DNA of 64,000 nt from Phoronis australis (Eukaryota; Animalia; Phoronida). The notes under the pieces are model-generated. The model saw nothing but the letters and a program-made list of their open reading frames with translations. It made no database searches and was not told where the DNA came from. This document shows positions 54,501 through 64,000 of this stretch, one piece after another. The DNA lies in assembly GCA_002633005.1 (NCBI GenBank), contig NMRA01000480.1, forward strand, positions 124,001 through 188,000. Reading direction: 5' to 3'. The first letter of the stretch is position 1; every line of letters begins with the position of its first letter. The position numbers and the translations under genes were made by a program.

Positions 54501-57500
54501 ATCTTGCACAAAGATTGAAAATTTAATAGCAACACAATGTTGTTAGTATTTGTTACCATGTTATATGGATTTTGTATTCAGTGTGTAATGTTTTAAATTC
54601 AGTTAAAAATATATTCCGATATAGGCCGCCCGTGTCAGAATTTCATTACGGGAACGGCCCAACAAATCAGAATTCCCGATACGCCAGGCCGGAACAGTAA
54701 CACGAAACATCGAAGTGTGCACTGCAGATCTTGTACCCAGCCAGCTAGCTGTTTGAAGACTGTCGCCAAAATACAGCTATATACCACTGTGTGTTGAGCT
54801 CCGTTAGACCATAGATTATAGACAGATTCGCAACTCCGACATTTTCTTGCGTATTCTCCTAGAGGAGGCACCACCCTCTAAACATAGCTAGCTCAGCTTT
54901 CAGTTAGTGTATTGTGACGGGAAATTTTTGTCCAGTACTACGAACAAAAATAATTTCGGCATTGAAACGCTGTGTGAAGTCTTCCAGTAGTAGAAATCTT
55001 GGTAGTTTGTGCGTACTTTTGGCAATGCTACTGGTCATGCACCCGACTACACAACAGCCGACCATAGACCTAATTCATGCTGCAGACATTAAAATCCAAA
55101 GCGAGGCTCACTGCGATAAACAAAGCTGAAGTTGACATTGTGTGAGTTAAATGGCGGGTCTTTCGAGTCCAACCTGGATATTAAATCTTAAAAATGTGTC
55201 GATAATTAACCTCAGAGACGTAGAAAAATACAAGTCAAAAAGTTGTCTGACGAAAGGGTACAAGTTTTTTTCGGAAAATTAGGTTCGAAACATGAAAAGT
55301 AGATATGACCAAACTACGGCGCTCGTAGTGTTACGGATTAGGTATTATGCTGAATGCAGAGTTGCATTTCTTGTAAATTGTTGATAAAAATGCTTTATAC
55401 AAGTCATCTGCTTGTATTGTTGACGAGTTGAAGATATATTTGACAGTGGTGGTTTATAGCATTTTGCTGTCATGTGAAATTAGTCACATCTAGTTTAATT
55501 TGTTGATCAAGAATATTAACAACAAGCATAGCCTAGGTCCTGGTGAGGTAGAGACTACCGGGACTAACAGTTGATTTGCCATTCATCTGAAAGAATAATT
55601 GATGTTATTAAATACATTTTTATTAAGATAAAAAAACCAGGTTCGTAAATAAAAATTTATTTGACCATTTCTTGAATTAAAAAAAAATTGAAAACAAGCA
55701 CAGCCCGAGCAATCGCTTTCGCATTATATGCAGGTTCTCATTCACTCCCTTGCACACATTTATAAGTAATTATTTGACCATCAATTCTGCTATCCTGGTT
55801 TTAATAATTCTGATGTCTATTTCATATGTTAGGTTTCAACTATCAATCTGGACCAGTGAATTTTAAAATTAAAGCACCTAATTCGTCCAAAGCATAACCT
55901 CATTTTAGAAATCAATTTCAGTTAACTGGACAGAGTAAGAAAAGTTATGTTTCTTCAGGGGCCTCTTTCATGAGGGGAAAGGTGCCTGTGCCTTCTGAGA
56001 GGGGATTTTTTTCGCCAAGTGCGGGGCAAAATCTACCTCCCAATCAGCACCCCCCATCTAGTCCTGTTGCATGCTCTCACAGGCTCTGTCTCAAGTAACA
56101 TTTTGTGCTCTTTCAAATTGCCACCTGTGTGGTTACAGGTGATTTTAACTTCGGAGAGAAGTTTTCAATCACTAGGGGAGTTATTAGGCCTCAGGGAGGG
56201 AATTTTGGGGATTTTTAAATATTTTTGAGAGGCCCAGTGCCAATATCCGGTCCCAAAATCGAGGAATTGAGGGTCCTGTCCTTTTTGAGAAGAAAAATGC
56301 ATCATGTTTGAACCTGTAGTCATGAACACAGCATGGCTGGCCGAAGATTCTCCGGTCGTTGCTATGATGCTCGGCAACCGAGATGCGACAAAATATGATC
56401 TAATTTTTCGAAATCATTTATAAATTTTACACGGCCATATTTTCCTTCGTCGCAGCGTATGACAGGGACCGAACGTACGCTTCTGAATCTCAACGTCCTT
56501 AGGGATTGTAAAACAGGCAGTTCTGTTGAGTGTCCGTATTTTTTCTAGCCGGAATACAACCAGTATGCTGATAAGCCATCGAAGCTATCGTAGCAAGTCT
56601 CGTTTTGGAACGCGCCTACTGTCGGCGGGAATTAGGTCTATGATTAGCAGAAGATGTACTTGCCGGAAGTAAAACGTGCTATGTCTGCCAGGTGTCGCTA
56701 GTGAATTGTGGCGTGACACCTTATGCATAAGATCACAGATTTTGTTTATTGAAAATATACATGTACTAAAGTGTCATATAGCCCAGGTGTGAATTGTGCT
56801 ACTCAACACGTTGTGAAACTTATATCGCAGAAGCCCAGGTATGAGTTGTGCTACTCAACACGTTGTGAAACTTATATCGCAGAACTGAACTGATAATGAT
56901 CTAAAAACATTACAAAACTTAATGTTCAAGTCATTTTTAGAGCAATGTGATCCACTGGATTGGGGACTAAACAGTTCTTTTAACAATTTTTTTCAAATAT
57001 ACAATTGTTTTTGAAACGTTCAATCAACACTACATTAAGTCAGTCATTTTGCAGATTATTGAGTCGTAATTTTTTCTCAAAACTACATTTTCTTGGCAGG
57101 GTGTATGCTAGTAAAATGTTGATACACGAGTTTATGAAGCGTTTTCCACTCAAATTTGGAAATTAAGGGCTTATACAGGAGTTATATCGGTAGATGTACC
57201 AAGGCTTATGCAGAAGGTAGGTTCAGTAGATGCTCACAGGCTTATACAGAAAGTAGATTCTGAGTAGGTGCTCCAACCATACTGAGGCTGTGTTTGTCCA
57301 GGAGAGCATTCCACAAGATTTTTTTCAAAATCATGCGCGTGAAAAGCGATAGTTTTACTCCACTAGCATGCTTGGGAGCTTACTAGCGTGTCTAGCAAAG
57401 TGATAGCCACTGCATTGATTGGTCATCAAGATTGAATTCAATGTTTCTATTCCATAGGTAAAGATTTGTGTGCCAGGAGTGCAAGCTAATGGCTCTGGAG

Positions 57501-60448
57501 TAAAATATAAGGTTGCTGGAAGCCAAGCTATTTAAAAACATACATGTTTACATTGTACCTATATTATCCGACTCCTGCTAGCATGTAGTTTGTTATTACT
57601 ATTACAGACGATATTTATTATGAGCGGCGTAACCTATTCGGAACTAACGTACAATCGCGACTATGAATACCCCAAATGGGCCATCATGATTGGCTGGTCG
57701 ATGGCCATGGCATCTGTCATCTTCATACCAATCATTATGATTATGAGACTGGGAAGAGCATCTGGATCTCTACGTGAGGTAAGTCAGTTTCACAGTTTCT
57801 GCATCTTTCCTGTGTCACTTTATTCTATGTGATCGCCTTTGGTTAGTCCTTGGAAGACATTGCTTGTTGCTTTTTGGAAACTATGTTTCATTTAATATAT
57901 AGTTGTCTTAGTTTGGAATGAACTGTGTCAATTATTAAACAAGAGATTTGTGTGATTTTTTATTTTAAAAAAAGAAACATGCTTTAGCTAAGAGCATGGT
58001 CCTCAACAGGTTCTCATTCACTCCCTTGTGCACATTCACAAGTAAGACCGAGCTCCGAGGAATAGCAGACATGTCTGCAATGCTCGAATGTCAGCCAGTG
58101 AAGTCAGGATTTGAACCCAGGTCTGTCATGTGGGAGTCAGTAGCTCTAACCACTGTGCCACACTGTCTCCTTTCCTGTGGAACAATGTTTTTTGTCTATC
58201 TTTATTTGCACTCATTTTCATTTTACAGGTTACTTCATGATTAGTTGTTTCCATTCGACTTATAAACATTTTAGTGTGGCGTCTACACAAAAAACTGCTC
58301 TGTATATGGAGTTCAGACGAGTCCGGGGCTTGCTGCTAGCATACACTTTTGACGTCACCAAAAGACGTTTTTGATTACGGCAAAAATTCCCTAAATCCAA
58401 GCCCAAACTGAATTTTTTTTATTCTGAAATTTGGGACATGGTCGAATTTGGCGTTCACCATATTTCTCAAATTTCGAACGCATCGATTTTAGCGGCATTG
58501 GCCGTATTTCTCACATTTTGGACAGTTTGCCTTTTCGCTTGATCAGTGATTATTTACATATCGTTTACAGCTGTCACCGGTGTAATGTATTGACTGGTGT
58601 CGCAGTCTATAGTTATCAATGTGGATGATTTGTGTATATCGCACACGTTTTTGTGGCAGTTGTAATCACAGACTCAAAATATTTGCTACATTTGATGACA
58701 GTTTCACTATGCAAATGAAATGTATGTTCTCCGACTTACGCTTAATCGCCACAGTGTCACGCTTTGTATTTGGATTAACAGCTAATTAATAAGCACCAGC
58801 GATGAGACCGTTATGCTACCAAGTCGAATCTCAGGTTCATGGCTTCAATTTTTTCTGTGAACCTGCGGCCCACTTACCTTCCTCTCGGTGCCCCGAATTG
58901 GCAAAACGACACTGTTCAGTGTCAAGTTAGAACAGACTTTGTGAAAAGCAAAAATCCATGTCCTTGTTTGTCGTGTAGGACCGTATTCGCCCCAGTGAGT
59001 GCCCATACCCCTACAAGCGCTCCCACGCATTTTGAGACTTCGTACCTTTTCCCATCAGAACGTATGACGAAACAACCAATAACCGATGTGCCACTAAAAT
59101 GCAACCAAGCACAATAAAAATATTCAAAGAATTCACATTACTGTACAAATACACACACTGGCATTTAACTTTGAAACGTGCAGTTTAACAAATGCAAAAG
59201 CTGAGCTTATAAAAACATCACAATTTTTGTACACTTTTGATGGAAGGGAAGGGGTCAGTAGAAGCTTACAGTTTGTGGTGAAAATAGTAATAATTGGGAC
59301 TGGTGCCTACTGAATATTGCAATGTATTATTTGTCATGAATACTGTGGTATCAGTCATTCTCACATCTAGTGTTGACAATCTTGTATGCAGTATTCTGTA
59401 CAATCTTCACCAATAACAGACAGTGGATTAAACCTTTATCATAAGCTTTTACTCTGTACTTGAAGGCAACCAATTCAAAATACTTTGTGTCAGATTTTCA
59501 ATGCTACATTTGTCATATGTGAATGTGCTGCACTATTTTCAACAATATTTTGTCCAGCTCAGGATTTAAAGTTATCAAAGTCATCACCGCGTCACCACCC
59601 AACTTGACTGGAGACTTGACTCAAAAATTGACCAATCAATTTGGAATTTGAAAGTTAGTACGTGAAGCGTGCTACACAATTGGTCAATTTTCAGATGGAA
59701 TCTATGGTGAAGTTTGGTGGTCATGGCAACAATGGTTTTATGTTGCCAGTGCTCTGTGGTAAATGTCCTAAATCTTCTGCGTGTTTGTGTCTTTGTTTAC
59801 CTGCAAAAGCTATGTTGTTTCTATCATTTTATCTTTATTACAATATGATCTCTTTGAATTGGCCTGGCTTGCATAAAATGTCAAAACTTGTTCGCTGGAT
59901 AAATTTCATTGCTGCACGAGGTCAAAAGCAACATGACGTGATACTTTGTTGTGATTGTTATTATCCAGCATATAACTTTTATGCAGTTGGGTTCAGAAGT
60001 GTTGAACTCCGCATACCCAGATGTTGCAGTTGAAAGCTCCCTCACTGACTTTTTACCTGCATGGGATCGAGATGGTCAAACTTTAGACTATGCTCCAAAA
60101 TTGACCAGTCATGTCTCATGTAATTCGAATATTAACTCGAAACAAGTTGTTGATTTTTTAAGCCAGTCTTGCATAGACTTGGGCGGTGTCAGGCCGGAGT
60201 TGTTCAAACTTGCGTGAGGAGAGCTTGAACATTCACACCAACTTGAACTTGTCTTTTTCCAGAGGTTTCAAAACTTGATTCGTCCCCGATTACATCCTCA
60301 TCAGTTGCGACCCCAAGACGACCTTGCTGACCTTGACAGTCAGACGTCTGCCGAGTATGCTGTTCCAGCAGATACAAAACAGGCGGAGACTTCACAGCAG
60401 GTGCTGAAACGGAGTTCTTCCTCCGTCATGTACGAGTCAGCCATTTAG
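12386..60448 (+). CDS. SLC6 sodium- and chloride-dependent transporter (GABA/taurine/creatine subfamily), 5'-partial, 10 coding exons in window: 12386-12518, 13986-14120, 17229-17332, 17906-18030, 26101-26213, 40820-40957, 46102-46201, 46622-46725, 57608-57778, 60263-60448
   Basis: All exons have canonical AG/GT boundaries and splice in frame. SLC6 motifs: [33 protein letters not shown]...[41 protein letters not shown]. The N-terminal exons (TM1-TM3/EL2) were not found in the window. Confidence 0.96.
13986..14120 (+). CDS. SLC6 exon (TM5): [45 protein letters not shown]
   Basis: Acceptor tttcctag, donor gtaaat, 135 nt. Confidence 0.95.
14198..14357. repeat. 34-bp minisatellite, about 4.7 copies
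   Basis: Unit aaaagttgatacttttgactaattgtattttggt. Confidence 0.9.
15290..16900 (-). mobile_element. Degenerate Gypsy (Gmr1-like) pol fragment: integrase followed by reverse transcriptase
   Basis: Minus-strand ORFs in order: integrase core ([13 protein letters not shown]), integrase C-terminus (WKGPF...FHINMLK), RT ([39 protein letters not shown]); frameshifts and stops. Confidence 0.9.
17229..17332 (+). CDS. SLC6 exon (TM6): [34 protein letters not shown]
   Basis: Acceptor tttgcag, donor gtaagt, 104 nt. Confidence 0.96.
17906..18030 (+). CDS. SLC6 exon (TM7): [41 protein letters not shown]
   Basis: Acceptor cttccag, donor gtgagg, 125 nt; lies within ORF 17850-18101. Confidence 0.96.
18372..20842 (+). 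mobile_element. Two tandem HINE/DINE-1-like (Helentron-associated) non-autonomous elements with internal ~145-bp subrepeats
   Basis: 5' TTTTTATGCGCC(C)AC, (GTCC)n-like microsatellite at ~19560, 3' subterminal GTGGGCGCAT plus ...TTGCTCTTGTTT end (duplicated at 20764-20842). Confidence 0.72.
20991..22729. mobile_element. Non-autonomous Kolobok-like DNA transposon, copy 1, with THAP-domain remnant
   Basis: TTAA-AGGAGAATGCC ... GGCATTCTCCT-TGAA; minus-strand THAP motif LRKWLAVV...[12 protein letters not shown] (22271-22468); second copy at 42569-44179. Confidence 0.85.
23325..23915 (+). mobile_element. HINE-like family 3' fragment
   Basis: Same ~145-bp subrepeats and 3' end (gtgggcacatttcgacgctccgtgttgctcttg) as 19511-20763. 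Confidence 0.72.
25119..25763 (+). mobile_element. Solo LTR (645 bp)
   Basis: TGTAAC...GTTACA termini, 4-bp TSD ATAT on both sides, internal TATAAA (~25573) and AATAAA (~25656). Confidence 0.82.
26101..26213 (+). CDS. SLC6 exon (EL4 to TM8): [38 protein letters not shown]
   Basis: Acceptor ctttttag, donor gtgtgt, 113 nt. Confidence 0.96.
26291..26457. repeat. 57-bp tandem repeat, 3 copies
   Basis: cctcacgttagcagtgggtgaccattgaacatactataagtgc... Confidence 0.88.
27008..30007 (+). mobile_element. HINE-like element interrupted by Tc2-like copy C
   Basis: 5' end tttttatgcgcccac at 27008; continues after 28921; 3' end gtgggtgcatttcaatgctccgcgttgctcttgttt. Confidence 0.75.
27123..28921 (+). mobile_element. 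Non-autonomous Tc2/pogo-like DNA transposon, copy C (internally deleted relative to B)
   Basis: Perfect TIRs CCGTAAACGTTCGGGTTAACGCCC; TA TSD; the empty site gcacaTAtgttcc is visible in the paralogous HINE at ~19625. Confidence 0.92.
30347..33213 (+). mobile_element. Internally deleted Gypsy (Gmr1-like) LTR retrotransposon: LTRs 30347-31118 and 32445-33213
   Basis: Two ~770-bp direct repeats TGTCA...TGACA; PBS-like TGGTGAGCACGCCAGGAG after the 5' LTR; protease remnant ([11 protein letters not shown]) followed by integrase HHCC; TSD tagtg/ttgtg. Confidence 0.92.
31314..32444 (+). pseudogene. Retrotransposon pol remnant: aspartic protease plus integrase zinc finger, no RT
   Basis: ORFs 31314-32003 and 32019-32462: DTG site mutated to HTG; [10 protein letters not shown]...[10 protein letters not shown]; [12 protein letters not shown] then truncated. 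Confidence 0.88.
33214..33700 (+). mobile_element. HINE-like subrepeat fragment
   Basis: catgaaatttgg and cctcctagtggcaatttt motifs shared with the family. Confidence 0.6.
35220..36102. mobile_element. Solo LTR (883 bp)
   Basis: TGTCAGAA...TTCTGACA inverted ends with a perfect 5-bp TSD GTCTA. Confidence 0.85.
36121..36299. repeat. 39-bp tandem repeat, about 4.5 copies
   Basis: ctccaagtagtcagtgaccgttacattcatgatgttcaa. Confidence 0.9.
36528..36776 (+). mobile_element. tRNA-derived SINE
   Basis: A-box-like TGGCCTGGTTGA, B-box GGTTCAAGTCCC, unrelated body, AT-rich tail. Confidence 0.65.
36992..38494. mobile_element. Second CCGTA-ended Tc2/pogo-like family element with HIRAN-like cargo ORF
   Basis: TA-CCGTATTCACCGTAATAACTGCCC ... 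GGGCGGTTATTACGGCGAATATGG-TA; degenerate ORF at ~38080-38368. Confidence 0.82.
38580..40620 (-). mobile_element. Degenerate non-LTR retrotransposon ORF2 (RTE-X/CR1-type RT), antisense to the host gene
   Basis: Minus-strand motifs [37 protein letters not shown], YKxLGV; multiple frameshifts. Confidence 0.85.
40820..40957 (+). CDS. SLC6 exon (TM8-TM9): [46 protein letters not shown]
   Basis: Acceptor cctctcag, donor gtaagt, 138 nt. Confidence 0.96.
41070..41612. repeat. 26-bp minisatellite, about 21 copies
   Basis: taagtggtgtactcagagtggccaa(a/g). Confidence 0.96.
42206..42490. repeat. 28-bp minisatellite, about 10 copies with alternating variants
   Basis: agcacatgggcagtattgttaacc(tcct/acca). 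Confidence 0.9.
42569..44179. mobile_element. Non-autonomous Kolobok-like DNA transposon, copy 2
   Basis: TTAA-AGGAGAATGCCACCC ... GGGTGGCATTCCCCT-TTAA; colinear with 20991-22729; THAP remnant at 43741-43932 (-). Confidence 0.88.
44941..45068. repeat. 21-bp minisatellite, about 6 copies
   Basis: ccatg(a/g)catcgttggcat... Confidence 0.85.
45160..45325. repeat. Degenerate ~45-bp tandem repeat, about 4 copies
   Basis: ttcacagtcatggcttgatgaacagtttctgcaatac. Confidence 0.75.
46102..46201 (+). CDS. SLC6 exon (TM10): [33 protein letters not shown]
   Basis: Acceptor ttttgcag, donor gtaagt, 100 nt. Confidence 0.96.
46622..46725 (+). CDS. SLC6 exon (TM11): [35 protein letters not shown]
   Basis: Acceptor cttttcag, donor gtatgt, 104 nt. 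Confidence 0.93.
48600..52687 (+). mobile_element. Tx1/L1-clade LINE, 5'-truncated (ORF2 only), sense to the host gene
   Basis: APE endonuclease ([23 protein letters not shown]), RT ([19 protein letters not shown]), CCHC knuckle (CPYC...EHMFFLC), AATAAA plus A-tail at 52668-52687; 5' boundary approximate. Confidence 0.93.
48811..52512 (+). pseudogene. LINE ORF2 (endonuclease-RT-zinc knuckle), frameshifted
   Basis: ORFs 48787-49164, 49203-50045, 49939-52113 and 52120-52512 are consecutive pieces of one protein. Confidence 0.9.
53360..53490. repeat. 30-bp tandem repeat, about 4 copies
   Basis: tttgtacagcacagctgtcagcagataaca. Confidence 0.85.
53724..56785. mobile_element. Possible third Kolobok-like element, decayed
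   Basis: Left end TTAA-AGGCCTACTATGATGCC; peptide at ~55151 (MAGLSSPTW...[12 protein letters not shown]) resembles the N-terminus of Kolobok-associated accessory proteins; right end only weakly matched. Confidence 0.35.
57608..57778 (+). CDS. SLC6 exon (TM12): [57 protein letters not shown]
   Basis: Acceptor attacag, donor gtaagt, 171 nt. Confidence 0.95.
57975..58170 (-). mobile_element. tRNA-derived SINE; body fragment also at 55731-55770
   Basis: Reverse complement reads GGAGACAGTGTGGCACAGTGGTTAGAGC...GGGTTCAAATCC (A/B boxes); caggttctcattcactcccttg is shared with 55731. Confidence 0.7.
58981..59040. mobile_element. Terminal fragment of the Tc2-like family at 36992-38494
   Basis: ccgtattcgccc...gcccatacccctacaagcgc...cacgcattttgagactt matches the reverse complement of 38425-38494. 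Confidence 0.6.
60263..60448 (+). CDS. SLC6 terminal coding exon: [20 protein letters not shown]...[11 protein letters not shown]
   Basis: Acceptor gtctttttccag, phase 0; RxxxLxxP start typical of the last SLC6 exon; TAG at 60446-60448. Confidence 0.88.
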   Translation, partial: RFQNLIRPRLHPHQLRPQDDLADLDSQTSAEYAVPADTKQAETSQQVLKRSSSSVMYESAI

Positions 60449-61537
60449 CTTTAGTTTTACAACAGTGTCTAGTACGTAGCGTGTCCAAAGATGTCTCTGT
60501 TAACCACCAAAGTTACTGTTGCTCAAAAGTCTTCACTGCAGCTCTATTTACATGATACGTTTTTACCTAAGGACATCAGAACAGACTCTCTGTATAATTG
60601 CTCTAAGGATATTTGGATTTTGAAGCGATCAAAATTGCTCCCTCTTAGCCAAGTTACTCTCCAGAAATAACACTGATTCTTTATTTGGAAGATAACGCTA
60701 GTGTGTGGAGCTATTAGAAAACCTATGGTTTAGACAACGCGTGTATTCCACTGGAGTGCTTATAGGGGGTTGTGGAACTGCAACTATCATAAGTTCATGT
60801 GTGAATGAATTCTAGTGTATGGCAGTGTATTACAATCAGCTGCCACGTTACATTCTGTTCTGCTGTTTAGTGGCATATCTGGTCAGCGCCTATATTCCAG
60901 ATGTTGTTTGTGCTTCATCATCTTCACACATGTCATATGGCTGGTCACATGGTTATGTCTCCTTCTTCGGTCATGTGACCTGTCACGTGATCTATATTTT
61001 GATGGGGCAGTACATAGTCTTGTGACTAATCTACTGCAACATTTATGTGTTAATATCACTAACCTGTAACAGAATGCTGTTGAGATAAGCTGAAAATTTT
61101 AATTAATTAGTTGATTAATAAAGGAATGAATTTTTATTCATCTTTATCAATGTGCCCTACAACTTACATGTGTTCAAAGTTGTTATTGTTAGAGATAAAT
61201 GGGATGTTGGAATTTAGAATTTGGTCTTTGGTATATTGTATACCTTCACTGGTATATTGTAAACCTTCACTCTGTGCTAGACTTGGTGCTTCGTGGTCAC
61301 CATGGCAACATAAATATGATAAATTAGACAAATCCTGGTTGAACTGGTTAATTTGAAGTGATTTATGATATCATGTAACTAAATTATACTTTACACCCTT
61401 ATTCAATGCTGTTTTTGTTAATTGTTGTTACTGCGATTTAAGCAGTGATGCATCTGAATTTTGGCTATTATTTATGTGACAGTTTTGGCCGAGTTTGTGT
61501 TGTGTTTAGTCAGTAGCTTGGTTTGAAAGTTTGCTCC

Positions 61538-61840
61538 GTCATATCTATAGTGCCAGACTTAGTCATATCTATAGTGCCAGACCTAGTCATATCTATAGTG
61601 CCAGACTTAGTCATATCTATAGTGCCAGACTTAGTCATATCTATAGTGCCAGACTTAGTCATATCTATAGTGCCAGACTTAGTCATATCTATAGTGCCCG
61701 ACTTAGTCATATCTATAGTGCCAGACTTAGTCATATCTATAGTGCCAGACTTAGTCATATCTATAGTGCCAGACTTAGTCATATCTATAGTGCCAGACTT
61801 AGTCATATCTATAGTGCCAGACTTAGTCATATCTATAGTA
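61538..61840. repeat. 24-bp minisatellite, about 12.5 copies, downstream of the stop codon
   Basis: gtcatatctatagtgccagactta; source of the repetitive ORFs at 61510-61860. Confidence 0.96.
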
Positions 61841-64000
61841 CCAACTTAAGTACAGAATGATGTTTGAGCTTTGCATTCAGGTTTGAAATGTAATACAATG
61901 TTGAAATAATCCTTTACCTTTGTGCTGCTTTTTCACCAACACCACAACTCCTCTGTCAGTGGGAAAGTGGAACTCTTGCATTATAACAGCTCCCCTGTAG
62001 TGGGAAAGGTTAACTCCACTCCAGCGGAAGTAATCCATAGAAGTTGCAGCTTACATGCAACTCACATATTCAATTGAGGGTGAATCAACTACACCATCTG
62101 CTGTTTGATCCTATAACTAGTGGTAAGTCACTACCAGAAAGGAGATAGTGAGGAACATAAAAGGAGTTGTGATAAGATTGGAGTTTTGTCAGTGGAAAAG
62201 CATCATAGTACATTTTATTTGACATTTTTCTGTTTAACAAAAATCCCTTTCAAGTGTGCGACTAGTTGTGTTCATTGTGTGATATTATATTTGTAAGATT
62301 CCATGTGAAACATTTTTTTCATGTTGTTGACATAGTAATAAATTGTTTTATGACCCAGTATTTGGCTTTAATTGCGTCCAATAAGGTGTTAATCACACAA
62401 CAACGTTTTCAGATGACCTTGTGACCAAAGCAAAAGACGTCTTTGAACTAGTGATTATTGAAAACAGTAGCAATGTATACTAGACAAAGGACACACAAGC
62501 GCACGCACACCACACTCGCGGCCGCGTATTTCCAGACCAACAGAACTGGAACCCGTGCTTAAACGAGAAAACGACAGAACTAAAGAGGACCATCTATTGT
62601 TAAATTCACAGTTTTTGAAATATAGATATTTTTCCATTTGAATACACTTAAAAACGGGGAACATTTCGATTGAGGGAAAAGCGTTTCTGGTGTGACGGAT
62701 GGGTAAATTAATGGCATCTGAATTGTGTAATTTGCCAAAGAAAGGCGCATAGCCAAAAGAATGAGTAGATTGTTTTAGCAAACGAGCAATGACGGTAGAC
62801 TAGAAATTATGCGTCGCAATTTGTTCGGCGATTTACTGCATCAACAAAACGGGCTTAGTGAACCGTATTGCCTTGGGTTTTTCAACAAGCCATTTTTCGC
62901 GTTACGTTGTTTTACGGAAAGAAGTTGCATTTGTCCTAAATGAAAAGGTAAGGCCCTAAAAACGTGTTATCAAAAAACTAAGCTGTGTCAAATGGTGAAA
63001 GTGTATATATATTTCTGAAAAAAGACCAAGGAATGTAAAAGTATGTTCATGTACCATTGTTATTATTACGTTAACTTCATTTTTATGGAAGGTACATTCG
63101 TAGCAAAATAACCCCTCGGTAAATTTCAATAAAATATTTTCTAAATGAAAACTTTATCAGTTACCTCAAAAACGCTGTTGGGAATTTTCGATTAGTCTGT
63201 TCGTTCGGTTCTATGACAAATCAAATTGCAAAACGTCAGGAATTTTTGTAAAAAATAGAAGTCTTATTCGTTTTTATTACATAACGAAAAAACTATGCAT
63301 TTTTATCGAAAATCCTAACACTGCTTTTAAAATTGATGAATAAACATTAAGTTTGGAAAGTTTCAGCGAATTCCACCTAGCCGTCTTCGAGACCTCCTGT
63401 TCCTAAGTTTAAATAATGTCGATTTGCCGAAGCTGAGAAAAAGCCCATTAAACTGGGACGAGTGAAATTCTCAAAATCTTCGGTTAATTATTCAGTGAAA
63501 ACTTGTTTTCGGTAAATGTAACCTATGCATGCCTTAACCCTTGTAACTGTGTTTTATTTACCTATAACTACTGTTATCTGTAGTACTTGACTACACCCGT
63601 AAAATAAAATTTTTAAAAACTAGAAAAATTATCGTCACGGCGTGACAATAACGGACTCTGCGCGTGCGTGTTACTGGAATTATTATGGGAAGTTACTGAC
63701 AGCAACCCGTTTACCAATATGATAAGGAATTCTTTAAAATTGTAGGAGAAATTATATATTAATTTTTTGATTACCTTTCCACTAATTGACCTCTTCCGGT
63801 GCATTATGAGCCCCGATGAGGGAGTAATTGTTAACTTGATTAAAAGTGTGGTTAATGATAATAATCACAGATGTTTTACTTTAAGCACTTCAGAATACAA
63901 GATGAATCAAGTGGTCAAACTTTCAGAAGAAAAATGCACTTAATGACCCCATGGGAGCACCAAATGAGCTGAAAATTTAGAATTCAAACTCAATCGCACT

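Noticed and set aside
61510-61860. Three 106-109 aa repetitive ORFs
   Set aside because: Artefact of a stop-free 24-bp tandem repeat
53724-62215. One giant Kolobok element ending at ggaaaagcatcatagta (~62200) and capturing the last two SLC6 exons
   Set aside because: The match to the left terminus is short and imperfect, with no TTAA; likely chance
62400-64000. Probable further non-autonomous DNA transposon sequence
   Set aside because: No termini, TSD or second copy could be defined within the window

Overview
This is eukaryotic, repeat-rich animal DNA, most consistent with a marine invertebrate (probably a lophotrochozoan; this is an inference). One host gene spans the window on the + strand: an SLC6 Na+/Cl- dependent neurotransmitter:sodium symporter of the GABA/taurine/creatine group. 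Ten GT-AG coding exons (12386-60448, 1309 nt, about 435 aa from the end of EL2 to the stop codon) splice in frame; its 5' exons were not found and probably lie upstream. The introns hold transposons, often nested: CCGTA-ended TA-TSD Tc2/pogo-like non-autonomous elements (one with a HIRAN-like cargo ORF), TTAA Kolobok derivatives with THAP remnants, Gmr1-type Gypsy LTR elements and solo LTRs, Helentron-associated (HINE-like) elements, a Tx1/L1 LINE, a decayed antisense LINE, a hAT-like relic, tRNA-derived SINEs and many minisatellites. I found no CRISPR array or prokaryotic system. The most interesting points are the transporter's atypical TM8/TM10 specificity residues, a HINE family carrying CTCF-like motifs at about 145-bp spacing, and a triple-nested inverted transposon structure. 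All calls are from reading the sequence by eye; no database search was run.
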